A stretch of 64,000 bases of DNA from Octopus vulgaris (GCA_951406725.2 OX597830.1:59148001-59212000); one strand, 5' to 3'. Numbered from the stretch's first letter, positions 40,095 to 53,513 are shown. Notes: generated by a model not told the origin, from the sequence alone. Translations and numbers: made by a program.

Positions 40095-41675
40095 GTAGAA
40101 TGCAATAAAACATAGAAATATCTGTGGTTGTAGGAACAAATTTAAATGTGTATGTCTTTGGCATTTATTCACGAATCATATTAAGAAGTTATCTTTTACT
40201 TTTTTAGTCGCTGGACTGTGGCCATGCTGGGGCCCCACCTTGAAACATTTCTAGTCAAATGAATCAACCCAATATTTGCTTTTTTTTTAAATCCGGGTAC
40301 TTTTTTGTTGGTCTCTTTTGCCAAATTGCTAAGTTATGGGGAAGTAAACAAACCAGCACCAGTTGTCATGTAGTGGTGTGAGACAACACAAACACAAAGC
40401 AGCAACACTCGAAAGGAATTCACTCACTCATGGAGGCAAAGTAGCTGAGTGTTGTGCCTCACGAAGGCAATGACCAAGATTTTTGGCATTATGTTGTGCT
40501 TGGGAAGAAGACCCATCAAGCTGAACAATATTGCAGATGTGGCAGACACCAGTGTCACACAAATTGGCACCCATGCTGGTGGCATGTAAAAGCACTTCTT
40601 ACACTCTTGGGGGTGGTTGGCATTAGGAAGGGCATGCAGCCATACAAAACCATGCAACCCATGCCAGCATGGACAACGGACATTAAATGATGATGCAGAT
40701 ACATACACATACACACACACACAAGACAGGCTTCTTTCAGTTTCTGTCTACCAATCTAGTCACAAACTTCTTTTTGGCCTGAGGCCATTTGCCCAAGATG
40801 CCACATGGTTCTCTAATATGCCAACTCTTATAAACTAGCATAAACACTATTTTAGATGAAATGAAAAAAAATCTAAATCGTTAAAATGTTTTCAGTTCAT
40901 CTTTTAGTGCTGGCATCATGTAAAAAGTGTCTGTGATGGCGCCATATAAAAAGCACGAGTGCTGGTGTTGCGTAAAATGCACCCAGTACACTCTGTAAAG
41001 GGGTTGGCTTTAAGAAGGGCATGTAATGGTTATATATAAGGTGTTGATGTGGCTGTGTGTATGTTATTACAAGAGTTCATATAGAGATGAAGAATAAATT
41101 CAAGACTTATAATATTTACTACATAAAAATACATTTTATTTACTGGTCAACGATGAAACATAACCGTAATGTAGAATCTAGTTGAATGAAGTAATCTATG
41201 CAAGAAAGTTCAGCGATAGGAAATATAGAAATAACAGCTAAGTGGCAACTTTCAGTCATGTGGCATAGAGAAATAGATGGACATGGCAATGACATGAATG
41301 GTTCTAAGTCTAAACAACCAAGAAGCAAAGAGCGGGGTTAGCAAGCTGTTTTTATTAATGGAACACTAGACATTTTAGAAACTTCCAAGAGAAATGCTAA
41401 GCTTCTTGAATAATTAAGAATCACGTCTCCTGACACAGAAGCTTCAAGAAAGTTAGAAAGGAAGATCCTTCTTGCAAGGGAGATCATTCAACTATTTAGC
41501 TACAAAGACCACTACAGACATCTAGCTGTAGAAATCATGCTTAAACAGACAACTGGAGCCTGGTGCAGCTCTCCGGCTGGCAAGCTCCTTGTCAAACCAT
41601 CCAACCCATGCCAGCATGGAAAATGGATGTGAAATGATGACGATTTATCAGCAAACTAATCAGACATGAGCTTAC

Positions 41676-41737
41676 CTCACATAGTTTACCATTGGTGGAC
41701 GTCGATGGTATATGATTATTCAAATCAACATCTGGAT
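41676..41737 (-). CDS. Internal exon (DPDVDLNNHIPSTSTNGKLCE, phase 1 to 0)
   Basis: Acceptor ttttttcctgtag and donor GAG|GTAAGC. 62 nt, in frame with its neighbours. Confidence 0.8.
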
Positions 41738-44700
41738 CTACAGGAAAAAATTTGTACATGAATGAAATGAAATAAAATGCAGCTGTTACTGTGACGATAT
41801 CAAAATGCTTAAATGTCAAATGCAAAAAGACAAAACAATTACGTTTTACAAAAAAAATAAACAAACAGATAAGTGAAAATAAGAAATTCACAGTAAATTG
41901 AAATAAAATGACTGGAGCTATGATTATAGTTTAGATAACATTTAACAATTGTACAATAAATAGTAAAACAAGTTAAGACTGAAACTGAAGTCATGCGACA
42001 AAGACTTTCATAAACACAAAAAAAAAAGAACAAAATGTGAAGATTAAATACAACAAGGAACTGAATAAAGTAAATATTGAAAATAGTTTTAAGAAAACAA
42101 TCTCAGTAAATTGTACACAGCAGGCAAGTGTATTTATAACGACTAACAATGAAGTGTGATTTTTTTGAAACTGAAGATAGATATTACTATAACTGAGTCA
42201 ATCTTATAAGATAACCAATAAAATGGTTGTAGTAAGTTATTAAGATTTCTATGAGGTCTAACCCAGTGATTGCCAAACTTGTCATGGAACCCTTATATAT
42301 TTCCCAAAAACTGCAGCAACCATACCAATAAAGGTACAAAAATTCCCTACCACCTTCATTTTAAAAACATTAGATCTAACAAAAAATCCTTAAGAAAGAT
42401 AATTAGTGCGTATGTCTGTGTGTGTTTAATATTTTAAATTAATCTATCCAGTAATGTTACACAGCTAAACTTAGTGGGTATTTAAGCAATGGGTTCATGG
42501 ATAGTTGATGAGTTAGTTGGATGTGATGCTGATGAATCAGCAATAACTCCTGAAATATGTATATACACCAGTTATTTTCTATCTTCTATTGCATTGTTTA
42601 TGTAGACAAATTCATATTAGAAACATAACTTTCAGTACTGGTTCTGAATTCTATAGAAAATTTGTGGAAATAAACTTAAGTTATATATATATATACATAT
42701 ATATAATATGATATATAACTTGAAAATGATGAATACTAATTTTGTTATAAAGCAGAATTTTTTTAAGTGAACATACTTTAGAAAACGTTGATCTAGCTAA
42801 TAAAATCATTTGTTTTTCCTTAACTCTTGACATTTTAAACTACAACAGAAATAGATATCCATAATCATATAATTTTAGGTAAATAAAAAATTTGTAACTT
42901 TAAAAAAAAAAGATGAAAATCTTTGGAATAAATTATTTAGTTTTTTGGGTGGTAGGGGTTGTTTTGGTTTAGAGATTGTATCATAGACAGGAAAAGAAAT
43001 GTTTGAAATGGCTGGTTTCCAAAAATGTTATATAATCTCAGACATTAACAATGCAAGAAAGCAAAAAATATCAAATTACTACAGTTGATGTAATAATATC
43101 TATTCCAATATCTTGACTAAATTAAAATATTATATCAGGTGCAATCTTGTTTTTATTGTAAATTAAAGAAAGCAAATATCAATGAAAATCAATACCTTAT
43201 CTGCGAAAACACTAGATTATCTAATTTAGAAGTTAATCTATTTAAAAGAAAGAAAACATAACTTAGAATCAATTACAAAAATATTTCCATAACAAAATGT
43301 TTTCTGAACATGATTTCCAGACTTTTGAAAGAAATTATGTTTGCAAACAAAATCCAGAAATGATTTATATTTAAATGATTGGGGAAAATCACAAATCAGA
43401 GTTGGGAAATGGTTTTATCTTTTTATTTGAAACTGTTCTACGAAAAACATTGTTTTATTCCTTACCAAATGATAACTAACCCGTGAAAAGATTTATGGGA
43501 AAACAATACAGTTCAATAAGTTTACTGTTAACAAAATATCTCTCTATAAGGAAGTCATAAGTTATTTTGGATTTACTAATATAACATAACCACCCAGTAG
43601 AGTTTAATATTCAAAAATTCTTACAATAAAAGAAAAAAAAAACAAACAGAATCAAATTTTCCATTTTCTTTCTGCTTTTCTAATTTTGAAACAATATTTT
43701 TTTTTTCAATAACAGTTGAATGAATCTAAACTTCAAATTCCAATAGAAAAGCAAAAAATTAAAATTTGTATTAACTAGAAATGTTTTTCTTTTAGATAAA
43801 AATAAAAAAAAATAAATTTGAAATTCTTATGAATGGAAGAGAAATATATCCAGCTAGGCATTTTCCTATTTTAAGCATGGAACAAAGCCAGCAGAATCTC
43901 AATTTACACAACTAAAATATCAAAATACTTTTCAAACAATGTCATCAAAGATATCTCTTATTGAATATTATTTGATTAGAAACAAAAGTCCAACTAGGCC
44001 AGTTGCCAGTTGCTTCGTTTTTAACTAATTAATTTGCTGACAACACACATTAAGCTGTTGATTATTGATAACTTCTTTGAGTAAACTTACCCTTACCATT
44101 TTTAACTGCTGCCAAAGATTTTTGTAAAGTCTAGATCTTCCTAAGTTGTTAATATAAATTTATTTTGTACAGAATATACGGTATGATCTGAAAGGTTAAA
44201 ATTTCACAACGAAAACTGGCAAAAACCAATGTAAAGTGAACTTTCATGAAGCAGCAACAAGCGAAGACAGTGATAATTTCTTAAATCCATCTGAGTTTAA
44301 AAGAAAACTATCAGAGTTTCACAATATCTAAGAATTAGGTAATTCTGCCATAACCTTTTCCAAAGTTTATTGCTGTCTTCAAACATAGACTCATATCTTA
44401 TTCTAGGAGAGAAAACTTTCAGAGGGAAGATTTCAAAAAATATTGGTCTTACATCAAAACTAAAGCCAGGAAGTTCTTTTGAAATGTTCTGTGATAGAAG
44501 CTTGTTTGGAACATGATTGTTTTTCTTCTTTCAGTCAGTCACTGGACTGTGACCATGCTGGGGCATCATAGCCTAGAAGAATTTTTAGTCGATCAAATTG
44601 CCCCAGTATATATTTTTCTTTTTTAAACTTGGAACTTATTAAATCCGTTCTTTTTGCTGAATTGCTAGATCACTGGGATGTAAACACACCAACACTGGTT

Positions 44701-46663
44701 ATCAAGTAGTGGTGGGGGGGAACAAACACGGACCCAAAGGCACACACACGCACACGATGAACAACTTCTTCCACAAAACACAGAAAAGATGCAAGGCTAC
44801 GTTTGAAGATGTTTGATGCTATTTTATAAATTACAGAAATGAATAACACTAACTAATAAACTCAATTTTTAAATGAAAATTAATAAATGCAAAAACAGCC
44901 TTAAAAAAAAAAGTCATTGCTCAAATGAAATTTTAAATGCAACAAAGCAACCAAATGAAAATAACCAATTGAAAATAAAGAAATTTATAATGACACACAG
45001 AAATAATATGAAGCAATCTATAATAAGCTAAGAAGCTTTTTATAGATAAGATTCAGCTAATTACCAGTAGGGCTTAGGAGGTAGAATCCACCACAGAAAA
45101 TATTCCCGTTTTGTGTACCATTTAAGGTTTCTAAAATCAAGAACATTAGATGACGTTTGCTTCAGTATAAGTTTTACATTCAGTTGTAAAATAACTAAAT
45201 ATCAAGTGTTGAAAAGTCAGAAGTGAAAAATATACATGTAAATGAAAAACCAAGAAATAAGTGTTAAATATTTTAAACGTAGAATTACAAAAATGAAATG
45301 AGGAAAGCTTCTAACAACGCAGAAATGGAAGTTGAAGAACTTTTCCATATTTCAGGTTCAAAGGCCCATCATCAAAAGAACACAGTACAAGCATCTAACT
45401 AAAACAGGTCCACTGCCCATCTGGCAATCCCAAAAGCAAGATCTATGTCGACACATATTTGTTTGACAGTATTTTTTCTGAAGATGAGCTTTTGTGTCTG
45501 AAACTTTCATCTCTGCATTGTTTAGATTTCCAGATTTCATTCATTATTCTGTTTCTGTACTTATGGCACTTCAAGCGAACTACAATTCTTTTCTATTTTA
45601 AATGTAATAATAAATCCATCACTTTCAATATAATTAGGAAAAGAAACGATGCTTTTGACCCGCACAGAATAATCCTCTTGGATCGTTTATAATATTCCGT
45701 AACTTTAACCCTTTAGCATCCAATTTACTTTGTGAAATGCATAATTGTTGTCAATTATTCATACATTGTCTTGTAGCTTTGAAGTTTGATAATGTGTTTA
45801 TTTTTAGAATGACATTGTAGGGTAGGTGTGAGAGGCAAGATCTCATTGGTTTGAATAGAAAACAGAATATTTGACCAGTTTAGATGCTAAAGGATTAAAC
45901 CAGTCATATTTGGCCCAAAATAGTTTATCTGTTTTATTATCAAACCAGCCAGATGTGGCCAGTCACACCTAACCTACAATAAACAATCACATCATTGGAG
46001 TCTCAACTCTACAAGACGACATGTGATTAATTCAAAACAATGTGAATAAATAAGCATTACCTTTGGCAGAGTAAATTGAATATTAAGGGATTAAATCAAC
46101 ATGGCGTTAACACTATTCACTCACACCAAAAATGAAAAGGAAAATCAAACAGAAGAAGAGTGTAATTAAAATTCCTGAATAAGAACAGATGAGAAAAGTT
46201 TCTCATGATGCACGAGACGACAAGTTCATAAAGGAAGACGATAAACATTGAAAATAAATGCATACTTTCTCAAGAATATTACCAGTAAGTGAATTCGGGG
46301 TTGCAACTGGGAATTGGAACCTGTTCATTGGAAACCTTAATATTGTCATGTCCACTAGATTAGTAAGTGGTAACAACAACAATAATAATAATGATAATAA
46401 CAATAATAATAATTTTTTCTGCTATAGACACAAGGCCTGAGATTTTAAAGGAGGAGGTAAGTCAATTAAACCCACTCCAGTTCATGACTGGTACTCATTT
46501 TATCTGCCCCAAAAGGATGAAAGGCAAAGTTGACCTTGGTGGAAGTGAAACTCAAGAGTCTAACGGAGGAAATGCTGCTAAGCATTTTTGCTTGGAGTAC
46601 TGACAATTCTGCAAGATCACCACCACCACCACCACCACAACAACAATAATAATAATAACAATG

Positions 46664-46708
<45 letters not shown>

Positions 46709-48213
46709 GTAGTAGTAGTAGTAGTAGCAATAGTGATGGCTTCAAATTTTGGCACAAGGCCAGCAAATTTTGGGGAGTGGGTAAGGTGGTTAATTTGACC
46801 CAAATGATCAACTGGTACTAATTATATTGACCCCGAAAGGATGAAAGGCAAAGTCAACTTCAACAGAATTTGAACTCAGAACGTAAAGATGGATGAAATG
46901 CCACGAAGCATTTTGCGCAGATTGGTAACATTTCTGCCAACTCGCTAGTAACAACAACAACAATAATAATAATCATTTTCCTGCAACAGCGAATTAGTTA
47001 AGAATGTCCTGGGTACAAACCCAAGGCAGTTGTGTGTTGTGACCCCCTTCAGTCATGAATGACCATGGGATTGCACCTAGAAAGTTACCCTCGGAGGCAC
47101 AAGTCTGGGCAAGGTTGTTTTTATGGAAGACCAGCAGTTGCCTATGCATACCACCCTCTCTTCGCACCACTGATGTTATCCACAGGAAAGGCAAAGGCCG
47201 AAACAGCTTGGCACCAGTGACATCACAGCTCATTTATTAACGTGCAAGTGGCTGAGCACTCCACAGACACGTGTACCCTCAATGTAGTTCTCAGGGAGAT
47301 TCAGCATGACACAGAGTGTGACAAGGCTGGTCCTTTGAAATACAGATACAACAGAAACAGGAAGAAAGAGTGAGAGAAAGTTGTGGTGAAAGTGTGCAGC
47401 TGGGTTCACCACCACCCCCTGCTGGAGCCTTGTGGAGCTTTAGGTGTTTTCGTTCAATAAACAATCACAATGCCCGGTCTGGGAATCAAAACCACGATCC
47501 TACGACTGCGAGTCCACTGCCCTAACCACTAGGCCATTGCGCATCCACCCCAAGGTAGTGTAAAGAATGTAAAATGCCAATCTCTTGACTTGACCATCCA
47601 CTTTCTTGGTATGTATGTATAATTCCAAGAATCGTGTAGCAGATTAAATCTCATGGAATGGTACCTTGAGATAGAGATTGGAATTCTAATAACCACCACC
47701 ATCATCATACTAACAATACAGTTTCCCATGCTAGCAGGAGTCACACGAAATTTGTTGAGGCAGATTGTCCACTGCCAGATACCAAACTTTATCTTAATTC
47801 CAAGTACAGTAACATCCCTCATGGCCAGAGAATTTTTCATCAAAGACAGAAAATGAATGACATTATTTTATATGATGGGGATGTTTGTTCACAACTATCA
47901 TATGATGTCAAGACAAGAGGACATGTACACACATACACACAGAAAAGATAGGCTTCTTTCAGTTTCTGTCAACCAAATCCATTCACAAAGCTTTGGTCGT
48001 CTGGGGCAATAGTGGAAGACACTGAAAATGCCACGCAGTGGAACAGAACCCAAAAACCATGTGATTGGGAAGTAAACTATTTTACATATACATGCTTTTA
48101 GCTGATATTTTCACAAAACATTTAAAGTCTATACTTGTGTAAATGATGTCAATTTAATCACGATGGTACAGAAAAGTCGGATAAAATGGATGATATTCAA
48201 AATATCAGTAACA

Positions 48214-48446
48214 TTAACCCTTTTGTTACCAATCCGCCTGAAACAGCCTCTGGTTTTGTAGTACAAATGTCTTGTTTTCAAAATTTCTGAATTAAAATTT
48301 TCCAGCAAACCTTAGTCACAACTTATGTTCCTAACACTAGCTGAATGATAACTAAGTTATTTTACTAAATTCTTTGTTATATTTAAAATTAATTGAAAGA
48401 AACTCAGAGCATCTCAGCAGAAGAAATATGGTAACAAAAGGGTTAA
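48214..48446. mobile_element. piggyBac-like MITE
   Basis: ttaa cccttttgttacc ... ggtaacaaaaggg ttaa. Confidence 0.85.
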
Positions 48447-48670
48447 TGGCATTAAAATTCTATGACTTTCTTTTGTAGCTTTTCACAATATTCCAGCATC
48501 ATTCACCATATTCTGGTGTATCTCATCTGTGATCCCAGCAAATGTAGCCATAATATTTCTTTAATGAATTCTGGTATGTCTCTAAGATGAAAACAATACT
48601 ACACCTTCCAGTTTTATGAACCCTCCTCGAACGAACCCAAAAGACAAAAAAAATCTGGGAACCTAAGAGG

Positions 48671-48718
<48 letters not shown>

Positions 48719-49417
48719 CAACAGAAGCACAGCTCATAAATTGCAAACTGTAACTGTCTTGTATGATAGTGCACCATCATGCAAGAATGTCGATTCTTGT
48801 TCAAAACCAAGTCATTTGATTTCTGAAAAAAAACTGGTCATTAGCATAAAGAGGTATCAATCAAAAGACTCTCTCCATCCAATCAATCCAAAATGTACAT
48901 TTCACATTCACTGTAATCTGTTACTTGTTTCAGTCATTGGACAGCGACCATTTTAGTCAAACGAACAAATCAACTCCAATACTTACTTTTTTTTTTCTTT
49001 TTAGAAAGCCTGGAGCTTATTCTATCAGTTTCTCTTGCAGAACCGCTAAGATACAGGACATAAACACACCAACACGGGTTGTCAAGCAGTGGGGTGGGGT
49101 GGGGGAGCACAGACACAAAGATACACACACACTATTGGATATATATACATACATACATATGAAGGGCTTCTTTCAGTTTCCATCTACCAAATTCATTCAC
49201 AAAGCTTTGTTTGGCTTGAGGCTATAGTAAAAGACACTTGCCCAAGGTGTCAGGCAGTGGGACTGAACCCGGAACCATGTGGCTGGGAAACAGACTTAAT
49301 AACACACAGCCAAGCCAGCACCTATTTCTATCATTATAAAATTATGAAATTACAAAGATTAAGCAAATATTACATTTTGAGATACTACAAGGAAGTTTCA
49401 TATAAATACATTACAGC

Positions 49418-50600
49418 CTACGAAGGGGTGGGGCTGAAAAGTTCCTGGCTTTGGGTAAAAGAAAAGTAGAGGAGCATCAGTTAATTATGATTTTATTCAA
49501 TATTTTCCCCTCCCAGATTCACAGACACATTGCAGTGGTCCTTCAGTTTTTTTTAAGTCCTGTAGAAGAATTTGGAAGGTTGGGCCTCCAGCCAGGCGTT
49601 TCGCGATACCCTTAACCCTTTAGCATTATTCTGTCCAAATTAATGCTTATTTATTTTGTAGCTAGCACTTCCAACCAGTTTTTGTGGTTTGCTACCTCAA
49701 AAGTTCATTATAGGACTCAGTGGCTAAGGACATCATCAGGAGGAACCACTTTTGGCTTCGGCCTCTACTGTTTACAACATGGCACCCACCTCCACTTCAG
49801 GTGTCTTCAGCTCTGCTGTTTTTTTCCTTCTTTCTTTGGCCTTTTGTTCTTCAGCTTCTTTGCTGCAGTTTCAATGACAGGTGAATGACCATCCAGCCAA
49901 ATTTACCAATAAATACTCGCTGGTAGACTCCAGCAGTCAGCGCCTGAGATTTTGAAGAGGTAACAGCTAATTATCTAGATTGACATTGTAGGATAGATGT
50001 GAAAAACCAGATCTTGTCACTCATCACCATCATCATCATCATCATCATTGTTTAACGTCCGTTTTCCATGCTGGCATGGGTTAGACAGTTTTGACTGGGG
50101 ACAGGCAAGCCAGGAGGCCGTACCAAGCTTCAGTCTGATCTGGCAATGTTTCTACAGCTGGATGCCCTTCCAAACACCAACCACTCCAAGTGTGTAGTGG
50201 GTGCTTTTTATGTGCCACTGGCACAGGAGCCGGGAGGTGGGGGGCTAGCATCGATTATGTTCGGATGCTGTTCTTTACATGCCATTGGCACAGGAGCCAG
50301 TTGGGGCGAGGAGCCTGGCGTCAACTACATTTGGCTGGTGCTTTTTACATGGTGGCGGCCTGAACATAAAACAGGTCAAACATTTTGACCAGATATTATC
50401 ATCATCATCATCATCATCATCATCGTCGTCGTTTAACGTCTGCTTCCATGCTGGCATGGGTTGGACGGTTTGACTGAGGACTGTCCAACCTATGCCAGCA
50501 TAGAAAGCGGATGTTAAACGACGACGATGATGATGATGATATCTGGCCGGTTTAAATGCTAAAGAACAGAAGCCAAAAACTTTTCAGCACCCCTTTGCAC
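49418..50600. mobile_element. Nested cluster: mariner-type MITE ends enclosing a piggyBac-like MITE and RTE 3' fragments
   Basis: tacgaagggg...gctgaaaagttcctggct at about 49418 and agccaaaaacttttcagcacccctt at about 50570-50595. Confidence 0.55.
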
Positions 50601-50708
50601 ATGACCAAGTAAAATTCAGCAGAGGATTATAAAGGTTAGCAGCTTGAGTAACAAAATTCAATACTTTTGCATTGAAAAACTGGAAATATTTTGATATTCA
50701 ATACTTAC

Positions 50709-50769
50709 CTCTTTTCAATGGCCTTGGTTTTTGTAACTTTGAAGTACGCGGAGCACGACCTTTGCATAT
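50709..50769 (-). CDS. Internal exon of unidentified protein-coding gene (ICKGRAPRTSKLQKPRPLKR, phase 0 to 1)
   Basis: Acceptor tttttgtttag and donor GTAAGT. The frame is open and its phase matches the next exon (G|AT = Asp). Confidence 0.8.
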
Positions 50770-51058
50770 CTAAACAAAAATCAATTTTATTCGTAAGTAA
50801 ATGAATAAAAATGAACTTTAAAAGATATGCATGTGTATATTAAAATAATATAATCAATAAAAAAAAAGAAAATATTGGTAAATTGCATAATTTAAATGAG
50901 AAATCAAAATGTGAAAAAAATTAACACAAAAGACAAGTCTGGGCTGTATTCCAATAAAATGCAGCATTTAAATTACTTTTGGGCTGTTTCATAATATTCT
51001 CTTCGATTTTAGCTTCTTTCACTGACTTGTTCAAAGTCCTTGCTCAATTTACAAATAT

Positions 51059-51779
51059 GAGTTGTAAATGAGTTTCACTGTCCTACAAGCAGTGTCATTC
51101 ATTTCCAAGAGTAGACACTAAAACACTGATGATGATTTAATTATACGAGGGTGAGTCAAAAAGTAATGCCATTTTGTTTAGGACAGGTATAATTACCAAC
51201 ACAGGAACATGTATCATACATCAAAATGAAGCTGGTCCTCTGTGGATCACATCCTTACTTCTTAACATAGTCACTGTTTCTCTCAATAGCAATGTTCCAC
51301 CTTCAAATGAGAGCATTTATCCCTGCTTCGTAAAATTCTGTTGACTGTTCTTTGAGCCACTTCTTCACTACAGTTTTCACTTCTTTGTCACTGGACTATC
51401 ATCTCTTTGGCCTCATGAAAGGGTTTGAGAGGCAAACATTATTCCAGTGACAAGGGAGTGAAAACTGTAGTGAAGAAGTGGCTCAAAGAACAGTCAACAG
51501 AATTTTACAGGGCAGGGATACATGCTCTCATTCGAAGGTGGAACATTGCTATTGAGAGAAACAGTGACTATGTTGAGCAGTAGGGATGTGATCCACAGAG
51601 GACCAGCTTCATTTTGATGTATAATACATGTTCCTGTGTCGGTAATTATACCTGTCCTAAACAAAATGCCATTACTTTTTGACTCACCCTCGTATAATTA
51701 AATCATCATCAGCGTTTTAATGTCTACTCTTGGAAATGAATGACACTGCTTGTAGGACAGTGAAACTCATTTACAACTC
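51059..51779. repeat. Foldback: 337-bp inverted arms with a 47-bp spacer, made of a mariner 3' end plus flank
   Basis: 51059-51395 is the near reverse complement of 51443-51779. The arms contain the TIR tacgagggtgagtcaaaaagtaatg and the transposase end VKTVVKKWLKEQSTEFY..GIHALIRRWNIAIERNSDYVE. Confidence 0.9.
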
Positions 51780-52145
51780 TCACATGAGACAAGGAGACAC
51801 AAACACACACACAATGGGTTTCTTTCAGTTTCCATCAACCAAGTGCACTCAAAAGGTTTGGTCAGCCCAGGGCTACAGTAAAAGACATTTGCTCAAGGTG
51901 CCATACAATGGGACTGAACCTGAAAAAATGCAATTGGAAAGTGATCCACTCAACCACCCAGCCACACCTGTGCCTCCAATATAAAACTAATCAATTCAGT
52001 GTAGAAGCAAACACCATAAATTCCAGTAAATTCCAGGACATTTTTTTCCAATTTTGAGTAAAAATTACATAAGTATAATAATTCTGGAAGATTGTTCTTT
52101 TGGAGTTAAAATTAGAAAAATTAGTCCTCCATGATTACAAAGTAA

Positions 52146-52450
52146 TATATTTGAGAGATGAGGAATTATTTACATTTGATGGATATTTGTCCTCTTCTTG
52201 TTTGTTGTTAACACAACGTTTCAGCTGATATACCCTCCAGCCTTCATCAGGTGTCTTGGGGAAATTTCAAACCTGGGTTCCCATTCCTAAGGTATTTTTC
52301 GATATTATTATTATTATTATTATTATTCAGGTCACTGCCTGGAATCGAACTCAGAATCTTGGGGGTTAGTAGCCCGTGCTCTTAGCCACTATGCCATATG
52401 TTAACAACAAACAAAATGTGGACAAATATTCATCAAATGTAAATAATGTA
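52146..52450 (-). mobile_element. Same tRNA/hammerhead element with a short inverted arm
   Basis: Sequence matches 34435-34944; inverted arm at about 52399-52450. Confidence 0.8.
52210..52255 (-). ncRNA. Minimal type I hammerhead ribozyme (same family)
   Basis: gacac CTGATGA aggctggagggtatatcagct GAAAC GTT gtgtt. Confidence 0.65.
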
Positions 52451-52817
52451 AATAATGTAAAGTAAACTGATGTCGGAAAAAGTCAAAATACTCTTGACTA
52501 GTTTAATTTTAAAATTTTAAAATTCAGATTCCTAATTAAATCTTCGTTACGGATAAAACTTGGCAGTATTAAAGATTTGAATCAAGCAGTGGATACAGTT
52601 TCATTTATTCCTTCATTGGTTTCGGTCATTTGGCTGTGGCCATGCTGGAGCACTGCCTCTAGTTGAATGAATCAATCTCAGAACTTATTCTTTGTAAGCC
52701 TCGTACTTAATCTATCGTTCTCTTTTGCCAAACTGCTAAGTTATGGGGACGTAAACACACCAACATCAGTTGTCAAGCGATGGTGGGGAAGACAAACACA
52801 GACACACACACACACAT

Positions 52818-53020
52818 AGTAAATCCAAAAAAAGAACAAACACAAAAAAAAACACAACGCAAGGATGAAGTACATGTAAAGCATTAGCAGATGCTCAGAG
52901 AGGGAAAGAAAGAGGGTTTTAATGTTTTGAGCAAGTGCTCTTCTTCAGAAACAGAGGAAAGTCCAATAGAAGGGAAGGGGGAAGAAAATTGCCAACAATT
53001 CACATGTGGTTACATTTTGA
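52818..53020 (-). mobile_element. PLE-like short element with hammerhead-like motif, inserted in the microsatellite of a family B SINE
   Basis: Minus strand ttt CTGAAGA a gagca-ct-tgctc AAAAC ATT aaa. Relatives at 2746-2932 (+) and 7876-8000 (-). Confidence 0.55.
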
Positions 53021-53456
53021 AAGCTTCTTTCAGTTTCCATCTACCAAATCCACTCACAAGGCTTTGGTTGGCCCAAGGTTATAGTTGAAATCACTTGTCC
53101 AAGGTGCAACGCAGTGGGACTGAACCCAGAACCATGTGGTTGGGAAGCAAGCTTCTTACCACACAACTATGCCTGTTCATAATACTGGTTTCAATTTTTG
53201 GCACAATGCCAGCAAGATAGAGGGGTGGTGTAAAGTTGATGACATCAGCCTCAGTATTCAACTGGTATTTCTTTTATTGACCCCAAAAAGATGAAAGGCA
53301 AAGTCAATCTTGGCAGGATTTAGGACAGGAATTATGCAATGTGCTTCATTAGCTTACAGCTGTTTCTGCTATAAGGTGCACTTGGAGCTGAGTGCATGTG
53401 CATCACCTTACAGTGTCCTCAAGTGCATGTTTATTTGAGAAAACATTTAAATACGT

Positions 53457-53513
<57 letters not shown>

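Noticed and set aside
49660-49970. Lys-rich coding-like minus-strand stretch
   Set aside because: Contains stops and sits inside nested TEs; probably a decayed retroelement ORF, family not assignable.
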